Origin: a virus
Lineage: Duplodnaviria; Caudoviricetes
DNA: 61,423 bases
Reading direction: 5' to 3' (one strand)
IMG/VR virus record: IMGVR_UViG_3300037423_001240
Location: 1-61,423 of that record
Shown in pieces: positions 27,960-36,781 of this stretch; within the stretch, counting starts at the first letter, position 1, and every line of letters begins with the position of its first letter. The notes under the pieces were generated by a model. That model was not told the origin of the DNA. It searched no databases and worked only from the letters and a program-made list of their open reading frames with translations. Made by a program: the position numbers and the translations under genes.

Positions 27960-28155
27960 AAACACTACAGAAACGGGATGGAGGCGCCGGGACTCGAACC
28001 CTGTGCCGACGTTCCGTGAAACAGACAGCGCGGTGCGGACTTGGCCGTCTTTCCCGTGCGAATTGTTCGTTGCGCCTCTTCCGTCTCGTCCCGTGCAGAC
28101 CCATGTAGTGGCATGCCGTGCGGCGCGTTCACGGCAAACGGGCGGTCCGTTTGCC
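27903..28155. repeat. Putative integrase arm-type sites GGCAAAC
   Basis: Copies at 27903, 27914, 28133 and inverted GTTTGCC at 28149, flanking the att core. Confidence 0.6.
27979..28001 (-). other. attP core resembling a tmRNA (ssrA) 3' end
   Basis: Minus strand GGGTTCGAGTCCCGGCGCCTCCA: T-loop plus acceptor 3' strand CGCCTCCA; 20 bp after int. Confidence 0.75.
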
Positions 28156-28181
28156 ACGCGGCATGAGCGGAGGGTGTGACG

Positions 28182-28661
28182 ATGGCGAAGAACTGGGGCA
28201 CGTGTCCGTGTGGCAACGTCGGCGATGGCGGGTTCGTGCGAAATGACCCGACGACCGAGCCGTGGACTCCGATCTGTAAGCGGTGCCTCGACACGAGCTT
28301 CGAACTGAAGATGACCGACAGGACGGCGAGGTGGTGGTTCGCCGCCACGCCGAGCGTGCCTAGGTCGGCACAGCAGCGTCCGCCTGCCGAGAAGGGCTAC
28401 GTCTACTTCGTCCACTCGGAGCAGATGAACGCGGTCAAGATCGGGCGCGCCGGTCGCCCGCATGACCGCATGGCAGATATGCAGGTCGGCACACCCGACG
28501 CGCTCCGCCTCCTCGGTGCACTCGAGGCGAGCGACATGATCGCGGCAGAGCGCGACCAGCACCGCGAGTGGAGCGCGCTTCACATCCGTGGTGAGTGGTT
28601 CCGAGCGACGCCGGAACTGATGGCGTACGCGCGGGCGCTGCCGCAGCCGAGTGAACGATGA
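28182..28661 (+). CDS. Zinc finger plus GIY-YIG/T5orf172 protein
   Basis: GYVYFV..VKIG..R..Q.G.P..E..H..IRGEWF. Confidence 0.8.
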   Translation: MAKNWGTCPCGNVGDGGFVRNDPTTEPWTPICKRCLDTSFELKMTDRTARWWFAATPSVPRSAQQRPPAEKGYVYFVHSEQMNAVKIGRAGRPHDRMADMQVGTPDALRLLGALEASDMIAAERDQHREWSALHIRGEWFRATPELMAYARALPQPSER

Positions 28662-28692
28662 TCCGCGACGGCGCGGGAGGGAGAGCGTGGTG

Positions 28693-29139
28693 ATGGAAGA
28701 GAACATGGACGACAACAGCGAGCCGTGCGACTGCGGCTCGCGATACTGCACAGGCCCGCGCCCCAAAGGGCGTCGCCGCACGATCATCCCGCGACACCTC
28801 GACGGCGAGTGCCCGGAACGCGACCCGGTGACCGAATGGCTCGCGTGGCTTGCGATGTGTCAGTTCGTCGGCGGACGACACGCGCCGCTCGGCGCTTCGT
28901 CGAACAACGCAGTGCGGATCGCGCTTGGCGGAAAAGACGACAGCTCGCGTCCGTACGACTCGGACGACTGGGGGCGGTGCATCATGATTCGCGACTGCGC
29001 GCCCGAACCGCTGCGAACGCGCATCGCTGAAGTCATCGCGCCGTGGCGGGCCGAACTGATTGAGATGCACCGTGGCGCTGTCTGCGGGTGGGACTCGTGG
29101 CGGAAGGCGGACGTGGCGAAGCTGGAGACGATGCCGTGA
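28693..29139 (+). CDS. Hypothetical protein with CDCGS..HLDGECPER module
   Basis: Shared module; G.SS..P.D..D..RC C-terminal domain. Confidence 0.65.
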   Translation: MEENMDDNSEPCDCGSRYCTGPRPKGRRRTIIPRHLDGECPERDPVTEWLAWLAMCQFVGGRHAPLGASSNNAVRIALGGKDDSSRPYDSDDWGRCIMIRDCAPEPLRTRIAEVIAPWRAELIEMHRGAVCGWDSWRKADVAKLETMP

Positions 29140-29426
29140 AATGGCACGCGCGCACGATGCTCGAAGGCGACGCGTACTACCCGCGCGAGCGCATGACCCG
29201 CGAGTGCAGCGAATGCGGGTGGACGGCGTGCGTGGTGCTGGATCTGCGGTATGGCGGTCTGCGTAAGCACGCGAAGGCGCAGCTCGACAGGGACACCGAT
29301 GCGCATGAGTGCCCGCATCGAATCGTACTCGTGCCGAGCGATGATGGCTCACGGCCGCCGAAGGCGTATCGAATGGTGCGGGCGAGCGAGATGGATTGCG
29401 CAGGAACGCGCGAGGCGGGAGGCTAG
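29136..29426 (+). CDS. Hypothetical zinc-binding protein
   Basis: GTGA-coupled; CSECG..H.C. Confidence 0.5.
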   Translation: MKWHARTMLEGDAYYPRERMTRECSECGWTACVVLDLRYGGLRKHAKAQLDRDTDAHECPHRIVLVPSDDGSRPPKAYRMVRASEMDCAGTREAGG

Positions 29427-29542
29427 GCGGTGATGACAGTGGAACAGAAGATCACGCTCATCATCTCGCTCGGCTTGCTCGTAAGCGTATTGATCGGAAC
29501 ACGACGTCCGACGAGGCTAGGGCGCGAGCGCAGGAGGCGACG

Positions 29543-29788
29543 ATGACGAACAACCTACGCCGCTCCATCCGCGACGCCTACTGGCGTGTTGGCGCGGACG
29601 CCAAGGCCGTTGGTGCTGCGTGGTACGAGCGCTGGGCGCTGGATGTGGCGGAGGCGGTAATTGATCGTGCGGTGGGGAAGACGGGTGCGGCGGCGATGAC
29701 CGCGCGCGCTACGTTCGCAGCACGCTGGTTCGTCGGAGCCATCGCGTGGAGCGTAGCTGGCGAGGCCGTGATGCGGGCGGTGCGATAG
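29543..29788 (+). CDS. Hypothetical protein
   Basis: RBS AGGAGG. Confidence 0.55.
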   Translation: MTNNLRRSIRDAYWRVGADAKAVGAAWYERWALDVAEAVIDRAVGKTGAAAMTARATFAARWFVGAIAWSVAGEAVMRAVR

Positions 29789-29794
29789 GAGTAG

Positions 29795-30340
29795 CTACCG
29801 CTCACTCACCCGCGCGACCGTGAAGGGTCCCCGGACATAGGTGCAGTGGCGTTCGGTCGCCTCCAGCGCGAGCCGTATCCGATCGGGCACTGCCATCTCA
29901 GGCGCTACCACCGACAGCGCATCGTACGCGGCGAGGGCATGCGACGAGCCCATCCCGATCGCGTGGTACCCGAACCGGGATTGATACACGCCCCAGTCAT
30001 CGGTGATCTCGTAGACGCTGCCCTCGTACGCGACGAGCGCACGCATCTCGCCGGGCTTCTCGTCCTCGTAGAGATCGGTCATCACCGCCTCGCGCATTGG
30101 GGATGCGATCGCACGGAGCACGTACGCGATGGGGCTCTCGCCGCGTCGCCGCTTCTCGGTGACCGCGAGTGTTTCCGCAAGCTGCCCCGGTCGCATTGCT
30201 CCGGACGTGGCAACGGTGTGCGTGCGGTGCACGGTCCACTTCGGTGCGCGCATGCCGTCGTAAACGCGATCCGTCGCGAAGAGCGAGTCGCATCCGAACC
30301 ACGCGCCGTCGGAGGAGTTGACGCCGAGGATTACGGTCAT
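29795..30340 (-). CDS. Ntn-hydrolase, proteasome beta/HslV-like threonine protease
   Basis: After Met removal Thr1, Asp17 and Lys33 fall at proteasome-beta spacing; SG and AIGMGS motifs. Confidence 0.8.
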   Translation of the reverse strand: MTVILGVNSSDGAWFGCDSLFATDRVYDGMRAPKWTVHRTHTVATSGAMRPGQLAETLAVTEKRRRGESPIAYVLRAIASPMREAVMTDLYEDEKPGEMRALVAYEGSVYEITDDWGVYQSRFGYHAIGMGSSHALAAYDALSVVAPEMAVPDRIRLALEATERHCTYVRGPFTVARVSER

Positions 30341-30585
30341 CAGTTCGCACCGTGTCCATCGTCGTCGGGCAGCGCTGACACCTCGCCGTCAAGCACGGCC
30401 TTCCGCAAGTCATCGATCGCCTCGCACCACTCTTCATCACCACCGTCGGCATAGCCGACGCACGCGATGACGGACTCGCAGCCGTCATCAGCGATGCCGA
30501 CGAGAGCAATGCCCGTGAGGTCGCCTGCGATGATGCGGCGGCGGATGTCTGCGAGGACGCGAAGCATTGCTGGCTTGTCGCTCAT
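30340..30585 (-). CDS. Small acidic hypothetical protein
   Basis: Coupled to both neighbours. Confidence 0.6.
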   Translation of the reverse strand: MSDKPAMLRVLADIRRRIIAGDLTGIALVGIADDGCESVIACVGYADGGDEEWCEAIDDLRKAVLDGEVSALPDDDGHGAN

Positions 30586-31730
30586 GCTGCCCTCGCCATT
30601 CCGTACGTCTTCCCCGCGTAGCTGAATCGCTCGCCTTGGAAGATCACGAGGTTCGGCGTCGCGAAGCTGTAGTCGGGCGCCATCGCCTCGAGAACAAGGA
30701 ACGATCTTTCCCACGCGGGATCGGGGGCGTACTCGGCGTCAGCTTCGAAGCATCCATTCGCGATGCCGAAGTACGTGCGGCCACCGGCAGTCGCAGTGGC
30801 GATGCCCGCTCGGTGAGTGTGACCGATGGCGACCGATTGACCGAACGACCGACGCAGATGCGTTTGCGCCGGGTTCATTCCGCCGCCGAACCTACTCGAC
30901 TGCCCGTCACCGTGGCGGATGAGGAAGTCGGCGAAGCGGAAGCCTTGGTGGCTCGTGCTCTCCTCGTACCACTCGACGTCGCGACGGAGTCCGTGTGCGA
31001 GGCAGATTTCGTGGAGGGTGAGCCCCTTCAGTCCCTTGAGCACGTACGGCGTCGCGCCACCGAGCCAGTGAGCTAGACGCCGCTCATGGTTGCCCGGCTG
31101 CACGACACAGCGCTTCGACTGCGACGCGAGCACGTTGATCTCAGCGACGAAGGTCTCGATGCTCGACGCGATCTCGGTCGGGCTGTTGCTGCCCTTCGGA
31201 TGGCGTGAGAGTGGCTCGAAATCGAGCGCATCACCGTTGATCACGACGGTGTCGGGCCGGTGGTCTGCATGCCATTCGCGGTACGCGTTCCAGCATCCAG
31301 CGCGGACGTGTGGCCAGTGGATATCGGAGACCACCGCGCACAGTTTTGATTGCGAGCGCGCACGATCGTAGACGTCGTTCGACGGCTTCGCCGCCGCATC
31401 CATCGCCCCCACGAACGCGGCATGTTGCGAAGCCACAGACGCTACGTGCGGCGTCGGTGGTTTTGTAACATCGCCGCGTCGCTTCATCAGCCCGGCAACA
31501 ATCGCCTCGTCGGCACTCGTGGGCAGCACTGGCGTGGCGATGGTGCGTGCGGGCTCCCCCTTCGCCGCAGCGACGGCCGCCTCCCACGTGCCGAAGATGT
31601 TACAGATCGTGCGTGGAGACGGGTCTGAGCCCCTTCGATTCGCACCATACCCCCTATTACTCCACTCGCCGCATTCGCTCGCGACACGGCGGAGCGATGC
31701 GACGCAATCGTCGCGGGTGAATTTCGGCAT
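30582..31730 (-). CDS. Calcineurin-like metallophosphoesterase with N-terminal helical repeat domain
   Basis: DIH, GD.LD, GNHE, HGD, GHTH; N-terminus PSPRTI..FGTW..A..AA. Confidence 0.88.
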   Translation of the reverse strand: MPKFTRDDCVASLRRVASECGEWSNRGYGANRRGSDPSPRTICNIFGTWEAAVAAAKGEPARTIATPVLPTSADEAIVAGLMKRRGDVTKPPTPHVASVASQHAAFVGAMDAAAKPSNDVYDRARSQSKLCAVVSDIHWPHVRAGCWNAYREWHADHRPDTVVINGDALDFEPLSRHPKGSNSPTEIASSIETFVAEINVLASQSKRCVVQPGNHERRLAHWLGGATPYVLKGLKGLTLHEICLAHGLRRDVEWYEESTSHQGFRFADFLIRHGDGQSSRFGGGMNPAQTHLRRSFGQSVAIGHTHRAGIATATAGGRTYFGIANGCFEADAEYAPDPAWERSFLVLEAMAPDYSFATPNLVIFQGERFSYAGKTYGMARAA

Positions 31731-31963
31731 GCGATTGATACCTTTCGGGGAGGGCGAGGGGAGAGCGAGGAATACGTTCGCGGGCTTGAGGTAGTGGCGG
31801 GCGATCTCAGTCGTCGCCGCAATACGGCGTCCAACTCTTCGGCTCGCGGATGAGCCTCCAACCGACGTGCTCGTGGTCTGCGTTGCGGAGGGAGGCGAGG
31901 CACAGGCCGAGGTGGCGGAAGAGGACGCGGTTGAGGAAGGCGGAGATGCGGTGGGCGATCACG

Positions 31964-32806
31964 TCAGATCACCGCCTTCTCGTGCAGCTCACGCCACACG
32001 CGCATGAACGTGGACGAGGGCCACGGCTCGGCCCACGCGAACACGGGTCCCGCTGACGCGTAGCGCGTGAGGTAGTCGGCGAGGTCGGCAGGGATGTCGT
32101 CCCACCCGTAGCTCTGGACCGTGCGCCAGCGTGGGAGCTTCAGGCCCGCACGCGACAGTCGCGCATCCAGCAACGCCCACGACTGATTGAAGAGCGGCAT
32201 GCAGCGCGCGTAGCGAGATGCACCGAAGGGCCGCACGAAGTCGTTGACGTAGTCTTGTTCCGCGCGCGCATCGACGACACCAGCGAACTCCTCGTAAGGG
32301 AACTGCGAGTGACCCCCTAGCCCGCCGACGCGAACGGGCATGGCCCATGGTTGGTCCACCACCGGCTTGTGCGGGACACAATCGCGGTACGGCTTGAACG
32401 CATCCGCGAACGCCTTTGCATGCGCCTTGTCGTCGCCGTCCTTCTTGTCCTCCCATGCGCCCTCAGCGTCGAGTAGGACGCCATCGCAGACGTCGGAGAC
32501 GAGCACGCGTCCAATCCGCTCGCCTTTGCCGGCCGGGTCACTGGAGTCCATCCCGAACGCAGCGAGGGATCGCAGCCCGTGCTTGCGGCAGATCGCCGTG
32601 AGCGGGGCGAGCATGTCGGCGTCGAGTTCGCTGCTGAGCCCATGCCACACAATCCCGCGTGCGCCGAGACTCGCGAACTCCGCAGCCTTCGCATCGCAGG
32701 TCGCGAGACGCGCGGCGCGGTCGTTCTTCGGTTCGACCTTCGCGCGATACACCTGCACGTAGATCCCGGCCGGTAGTTTCGTCAGCGCGGCGCTGTCTGC
32801 GTCCAT
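31964..32806 (-). CDS. TIM-barrel glycoside hydrolase-like protein, candidate endolysin
   Basis: DGVLLDAE D-x-E motif; lies in the lysis region; no other lysin seen. Confidence 0.5.
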   Translation of the reverse strand: MDADSAALTKLPAGIYVQVYRAKVEPKNDRAARLATCDAKAAEFASLGARGIVWHGLSSELDADMLAPLTAICRKHGLRSLAAFGMDSSDPAGKGERIGRVLVSDVCDGVLLDAEGAWEDKKDGDDKAHAKAFADAFKPYRDCVPHKPVVDQPWAMPVRVGGLGGHSQFPYEEFAGVVDARAEQDYVNDFVRPFGASRYARCMPLFNQSWALLDARLSRAGLKLPRWRTVQSYGWDDIPADLADYLTRYASAGPVFAWAEPWPSSTFMRVWRELHEKAVI

Positions 32807-32861
32807 CACGATGTCACCAATGCGTGACTTCCGCGAATGTCGTCGTGCGTTGACATCGACG

Positions 32862-33023
32862 TCACTTGCCCGCCTCATCAACGTCCCGATCCACCTGCTT
32901 CGCATCGCTCCCGATGCTCCGCACGTGGCGCAGCGCTTCCTCGTGCGACATGCCCCGCTGGATCATCTCGGCGATCTTGCCGATGGCGACGAGTGCGAGT
33001 TCGATCACTTGTGCAGCGCTCAT
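32862..33023 (-). CDS. Small hypothetical protein (53 aa) in lysis region
   Basis: MSAAQVIELALVAIGK..; TAATG overlap; RBS GGAGG. Confidence 0.55.
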   Translation of the reverse strand: MSAAQVIELALVAIGKIAEMIQRGMSHEEALRHVRSIGSDAKQVDRDVDEAGK

Positions 33024-33520
33024 TACTGTGACCCTCCGAGGATTGCGGGCAGCGTGACGTGGACGGTGGCGGCGGCTTCACGCAGCGCTTCGTACGCCCG
33101 CGCGATGTCGCCCATGGCGCGGAGGAGTGCGGCGCTGTCGACGTGCCCGTCGGCGGCGTTGAGGACGTCGACGAGGACAAGGTGGGACGCGGCGAGCGCG
33201 TCGTGTGCGGCGATGACTGGCGCCCATTGGGTGCGGACTGATTCGACCGCGGTGGCCTCTTCCGGGGTGCGCGTGTGCGTTGCGTCCGCCCTGCAATGCT
33301 CGCCGTCCCAATGCCCCCTCATATGCTGCGCGTTCATCTCTGCGGCGCAGTACGCCGACAGGACCGTGTCGCCGCCTACGTTCGCGACGTCTGCGGCCGT
33401 GTTTGCTGCGGTACGTGCGGATGCCATCGGGGAGGCACACCCGTGGAGACCGACGGCCACGAGCAGCCCGAGCGTGAACGCAACGGCGATGTCGACAAGG
33501 TCGATGCGGTGCGCTTTCAC
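33023..33520 (-). CDS. Lipoprotein, possible spanin component
   Basis: Hydrophobic signal plus LHGC lipobox-like site; helical body. Confidence 0.55.
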   Translation of the reverse strand: MKAHRIDLVDIAVAFTLGLLVAVGLHGCASPMASARTAANTAADVANVGGDTVLSAYCAAEMNAQHMRGHWDGEHCRADATHTRTPEEATAVESVRTQWAPVIAAHDALAASHLVLVDVLNAADGHVDSAALLRAMGDIARAYEALREAAATVHVTLPAILGGSQ

Positions 33521-33732
33521 TTCGTACCCCGCGGCATCTTGTTCGCGACCTGCCGCACGATGCGCCACGTCGCCGCGAGGAATGCGTACGTGCCGGGCCA
33601 CCGCGGCTTGACCAGCGGCCCGTAGTTGTCGCCGATGATCTCGACGATACCGAGCGCGAGCGCTTGCACGAATGCGATGCGGAGCCACGGGCCGAGGTCG
33701 GCGAGGTGGGGGACGAGTTGCGTTGCGTTCAT
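33517..33732 (-). CDS. Holin-like small membrane protein
   Basis: Two hydrophobic segments, basic C-terminus. Confidence 0.5.
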   Translation of the reverse strand: MNATQLVPHLADLGPWLRIAFVQALALGIVEIIGDNYGPLVKPRWPGTYAFLAATWRIVRQVANKMPRGTK

Positions 33733-33872
33733 TACGTGTTCACCTGTGGGCCGATGTTTCGGCGCCCTTTCAGCTGGGAACCGTTCACGATTCATGAACG
33801 GTGAATAGTTGACGCGCGGTCGAACGCTCACGGCGCCCGCGGTCGCGCGTCGGTGGGGAAGTGTTGCGGTAG

Positions 33873-33944
33873 CGCTCGCGGGCGGAATCGAACCGCCGTT
33901 CACGGATTGAAAGCCCGTCGTCCTAGCCGCTAGACGACGCGAGC
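33873..33944 (-). tRNA. tRNA-Glu (UUC), CCA not encoded
   Basis: Acceptor GCTCGCG/CGCGAGC; anticodon arm ACGGG-CTTTCAA-TCCGT; T arm GGCGG-TTCGATT-CCGCC. Confidence 0.92.
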
Positions 33945-34056
33945 GAAAAGCGGGTCGATTACGGCTGTACCCGCGCAGGCCACCGATGTTGAGCCTCGGT
34001 CCGCTTACAAGCGCCGCGCTCCTAACGCGGGCAGGATGGTGAACTGCCGGTTGAGT

Positions 34057-34155
34057 TCAGCGCGAGCGCGGGCCGTAGAGCCACCACGCGACCGCGGTGC
34101 ACGCGATGACTGTGAAGGTCACCTTCGCGGCGATTTCGGCAGCGCGCTTCATCAT
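34057..34155 (-). CDS. 32-aa single-TM peptide
   Basis: ATGA-coupled; VTFTVIACTAVAWWLY. Confidence 0.4.
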   Translation of the reverse strand: MMKRAAEIAAKVTFTVIACTAVAWWLYGPRSR

Positions 34156-34442
34156 CGAGGCACGTCGACCGTGGCACCACACGCGCGACACGCCACGAAG
34201 GCGGGGATGGTTGCCAATGCGTGACGCGCGCCGAAGCTCACGCCAGCACGCTGGCTCTCCGTGCACGCGTTGAGCATGTGCCCGCGGTTGCTCTTGGAGA
34301 TGCGGTCGATCGCAGGCTCGTCGATGCCGAGCAAGCTCAGCTCGCGCCGCAGCTCGTTGTAGGCCGCTTCCATCTCGCGGAGTGCCGATGCGGGTATGTC
34401 CGACGAACTACGGCGGACCGGCGGTATCGTCTCCCCGTTCAC
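34152..34442 (-). CDS. Hypothetical protein
   Basis: GTGA-coupled. Confidence 0.5.
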   Translation of the reverse strand: MNGETIPPVRRSSSDIPASALREMEAAYNELRRELSLLGIDEPAIDRISKSNRGHMLNACTESQRAGVSFGARHALATIPAFVACRACGATVDVPR

Positions 34443-34678
34443 AGCATCACCGGCCTTGCGCGGCTCGGCCGCTCCACAAGACTGTCGACGATCGGCAGGA
34501 GCAGTGCGGCGCATCGCTCGCGCACGTCCTCTTGCGTGACGCTGTCCATGCCGGACCACCTGCGGCGGAGGTGCATCAGCACTTCGCCGCTCACAGGCGT
34601 CGCGTCGGTGTCGGTGCGCACGGTCGGACGTCGCGCCCAGAAGGCCGCGCGCCACGCGTCGACAATCGGTTCGATCAC
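34439..34678 (-). CDS. Hypothetical protein
   Basis: GTGA-coupled on both sides. Confidence 0.5.
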   Translation of the reverse strand: MIEPIVDAWRAAFWARRPTVRTDTDATPVSGEVLMHLRRRWSGMDSVTQEDVRERCAALLLPIVDSLVERPSRARPVML

Positions 34679-34929
34679 TTCACGGCCCGCAGACGCTCGG
34701 TGACCTCGACGCGAGCTTTGATGCCGGCCACGTCAGCTTTGACATCCGACAGATCCGACACCACCCCGTCCACCTTCGTCGCCATCGCCTTGTTCGACTC
34801 GGCCGATTCCCGTCGATGCTCTTTCAGGTCGTCGCGGGTTTGGCGAGATTGCGAGCGGATGTCAGCGAACATGACGACGATGGCAGCCAATGCGGCAATC
34901 ACCGGCCACCAGTGGAGGAGAGCTTCCAT
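34675..34929 (-). CDS. TM plus coiled-coil protein (holin/hemolysin-like)
   Basis: WWPVIAALAAIVVMF helix then coiled coil. Confidence 0.55.
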   Translation of the reverse strand: MEALLHWWPVIAALAAIVVMFADIRSQSRQTRDDLKEHRRESAESNKAMATKVDGVVSDLSDVKADVAGIKARVEVTERLRAVK

Positions 34930-35018
34930 GCGAGTTGAGACCTTTGCGGAATCGCTACACGCCCGAGTCGACGCGTTGTGATCGGGGCGCGGGAGGAGAC
35001 AAGAGAGACGAACGCTGA

Positions 35019-35510
35019 CTATGCGATCCACTCCGCGATGCAGCGCGGGCCAGTCGGAGGGGATGCCGGAATGCCGTGCATCGGGTCACCTGGCGAGTCG
35101 CCGGGGAGACGCACTCGCCACGTGCTCGGCCACACGAGCTTGGCCCTCGTCGCGATCGCGCCCGCATCCGCCTCCAACGCGTCGCATGTGATTGACCCGT
35201 CTGCGTTCACAGTGCTCGGCCACTGCGCGACGGTGTTGTTCTGAATCCACGTCGCGAGCGCTCCGTTGCCCCACGTCCGCGCGGCCATGTCGACCCACAC
35301 CACGACGAGCGCGATCGGAGTGCCATCGCTCTTGGTGCCCTGCGCGAGCTTCACGACGACGACGACGTTTCCGGCCGCGTTGCGATACTCGCGCGAGGGG
35401 AAACTCCCGACGTTGCCGCGTGCCGCGAGTGTCCACGTGCCGGGAAGGAGCGGCGTGGTGTTGTCTGTATCGAGCAGTAGAACTGCGATGCGCGGTGCCA
35501 TCACGGTCAT
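35019..35510 (-). CDS. Hypothetical tail-associated protein
   Basis: Starts 1 nt after the fibre gene stop. Confidence 0.6.
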   Translation of the reverse strand: MTVMAPRIAVLLLDTDNTTPLLPGTWTLAARGNVGSFPSREYRNAAGNVVVVVKLAQGTKSDGTPIALVVVWVDMAARTWGNGALATWIQNNTVAQWPSTVNADGSITCDALEADAGAIATRAKLVWPSTWRVRLPGDSPGDPMHGIPASPPTGPRCIAEWIA

Positions 35511-35511
35511 G

Positions 35512-36726
35512 TCACGCCGCCCACGCGGGCGCTGCCCCGCTGCGATAGAACGCCAATGTGTAGACGCGACATCCCGGCTGTTTTGCCGTGCTCGCATCAC
35601 AGAGCAGATCGATAGCGCCGCTCGGTGCGATCGTGCCGAGTGCACTGCCAGTGATCGTGCAGGTCGTCGTCGCTCCGCCATTCACGCGGTACTTCACGAT
35701 GGTGGCGATTCCGCCCCCAGCAGCAACGAAGATGTCGACGGTGTCGTTCGCAGCCCAGCTCAGCGCATTCGTCGTGTTCGTCGAACCGCCCACGCTTGCC
35801 GTGAGTACCCCCGTCGTCGCGATCTCGACGTAGGTCGTCGCGTCCGCGTGATCGGTCCAGAGCCGCATCGCGGTGTCCGCGTTCGCGGGCGTGTGTTTCA
35901 GCTGCGCGCGGAGGTGCATGAGCACGCGACCGCTCGACACGACGCTCGCGCCGGTCGCTACGAAGAGGCGCTCACCGGCACGCGTCGCCGTCGCGCCGCT
36001 CGTGGAGACGAACTCCGAGACCCACTTACCGGCCTCGATTTGGTGCATGTCGACGAGGGCATCGAGTGCGGCCGCGCCGGGGCCTCCGAGGGCCGACTCG
36101 TTCTGCCCGTCCATCGGCAGCGCGTATCGGTTCTGCGCCGCGAACGCGATCGCCGGAATTGCGACCCGCCCCCACGACGCGCTTGCCGTCCCGAACGCGA
36201 AGCCAGAAGCCCCGGCCGTCGTGCTGAACGAGTTGTGGTAGACGCCGCTGCCGGGGCCCTTCGCGTACCAAACCGACATTGAAAACGTGCCGGTGATTCC
36301 GGCGTCCAACTGATAGCGCGAGAATCCAGACGAATTGATCTGCGCGCGGAGAGCGTTCGTTGATCCGTCCGGGCTGGTCTGCCCGGTCGTGTACGTGTCG
36401 CCAGAGCCCGCGTTCGCGTGGTTCAGCGTTCGCGATTGCAACACGAGGTTGGTGCGGCTCGGCTCGACCACAAGACCCACGCTGTCCGCGTCGAGCGCGC
36501 GCCCCGCACGCGCGACGTCGGTGGTGATGCCGCTCGTGACGACCGTGCTCGTACCGATCTGCACCGTCGCCGCCGACGCGCGCGAGAAGCTGAGACCAGA
36601 CGGAAGCGAACTGACTGCGCCGGGGGTGAGGCCAGTAAAGTCCGCGGCGAAGATCGTGGCGTTCGCCACTCCCCCATGCCCCCTGCTCCGATCTCGTGCG
36701 CCGTGCGTGCGGCCGAATGCGGTCAC
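35512..36726 (-). CDS. Fibre/receptor-binding protein (beta-sandwich)
   Basis: FSRASAAT..GLVVEPSRTNL..QIEAG..TRA pattern of phage spike/fibre proteins; start uncertain. Confidence 0.65.
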   Translation of the reverse strand: MTAFGRTHGARDRSRGHGGVANATIFAADFTGLTPGAVSSLPSGLSFSRASAATVQIGTSTVVTSGITTDVARAGRALDADSVGLVVEPSRTNLVLQSRTLNHANAGSGDTYTTGQTSPDGSTNALRAQINSSGFSRYQLDAGITGTFSMSVWYAKGPGSGVYHNSFSTTAGASGFAFGTASASWGRVAIPAIAFAAQNRYALPMDGQNESALGGPGAAALDALVDMHQIEAGKWVSEFVSTSGATATRAGERLFVATGASVVSSGRVLMHLRAQLKHTPANADTAMRLWTDHADATTYVEIATTGVLTASVGGSTNTTNALSWAANDTVDIFVAAGGGIATIVKYRVNGGATTTCTITGSALGTIAPSGAIDLLCDASTAKQPGCRVYTLAFYRSGAAPAWAA

Positions 36727-36781
36727 GAAGGCATGGAGACGCAGCTTTCGTAGCTACGGGTGGTCATCATCGGTGTCCTTA

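Noticed and set aside
33735-33872. Hammerhead or HDV-like ribozyme after the tRNA
   Set aside because: Minus strand has CTGAAAG and GAAAC but not the CUGANGA core in proper stems; no nested double pseudoknot could be drawn by eye.
33873-33944. tRNA as a UGA suppressor (loop contains TCA)
   Set aside because: In the 7-nt loop CT-TTC-AA the anticodon is TTC (Glu); TCA is one base out of register, so it does not explain the TGA chain.
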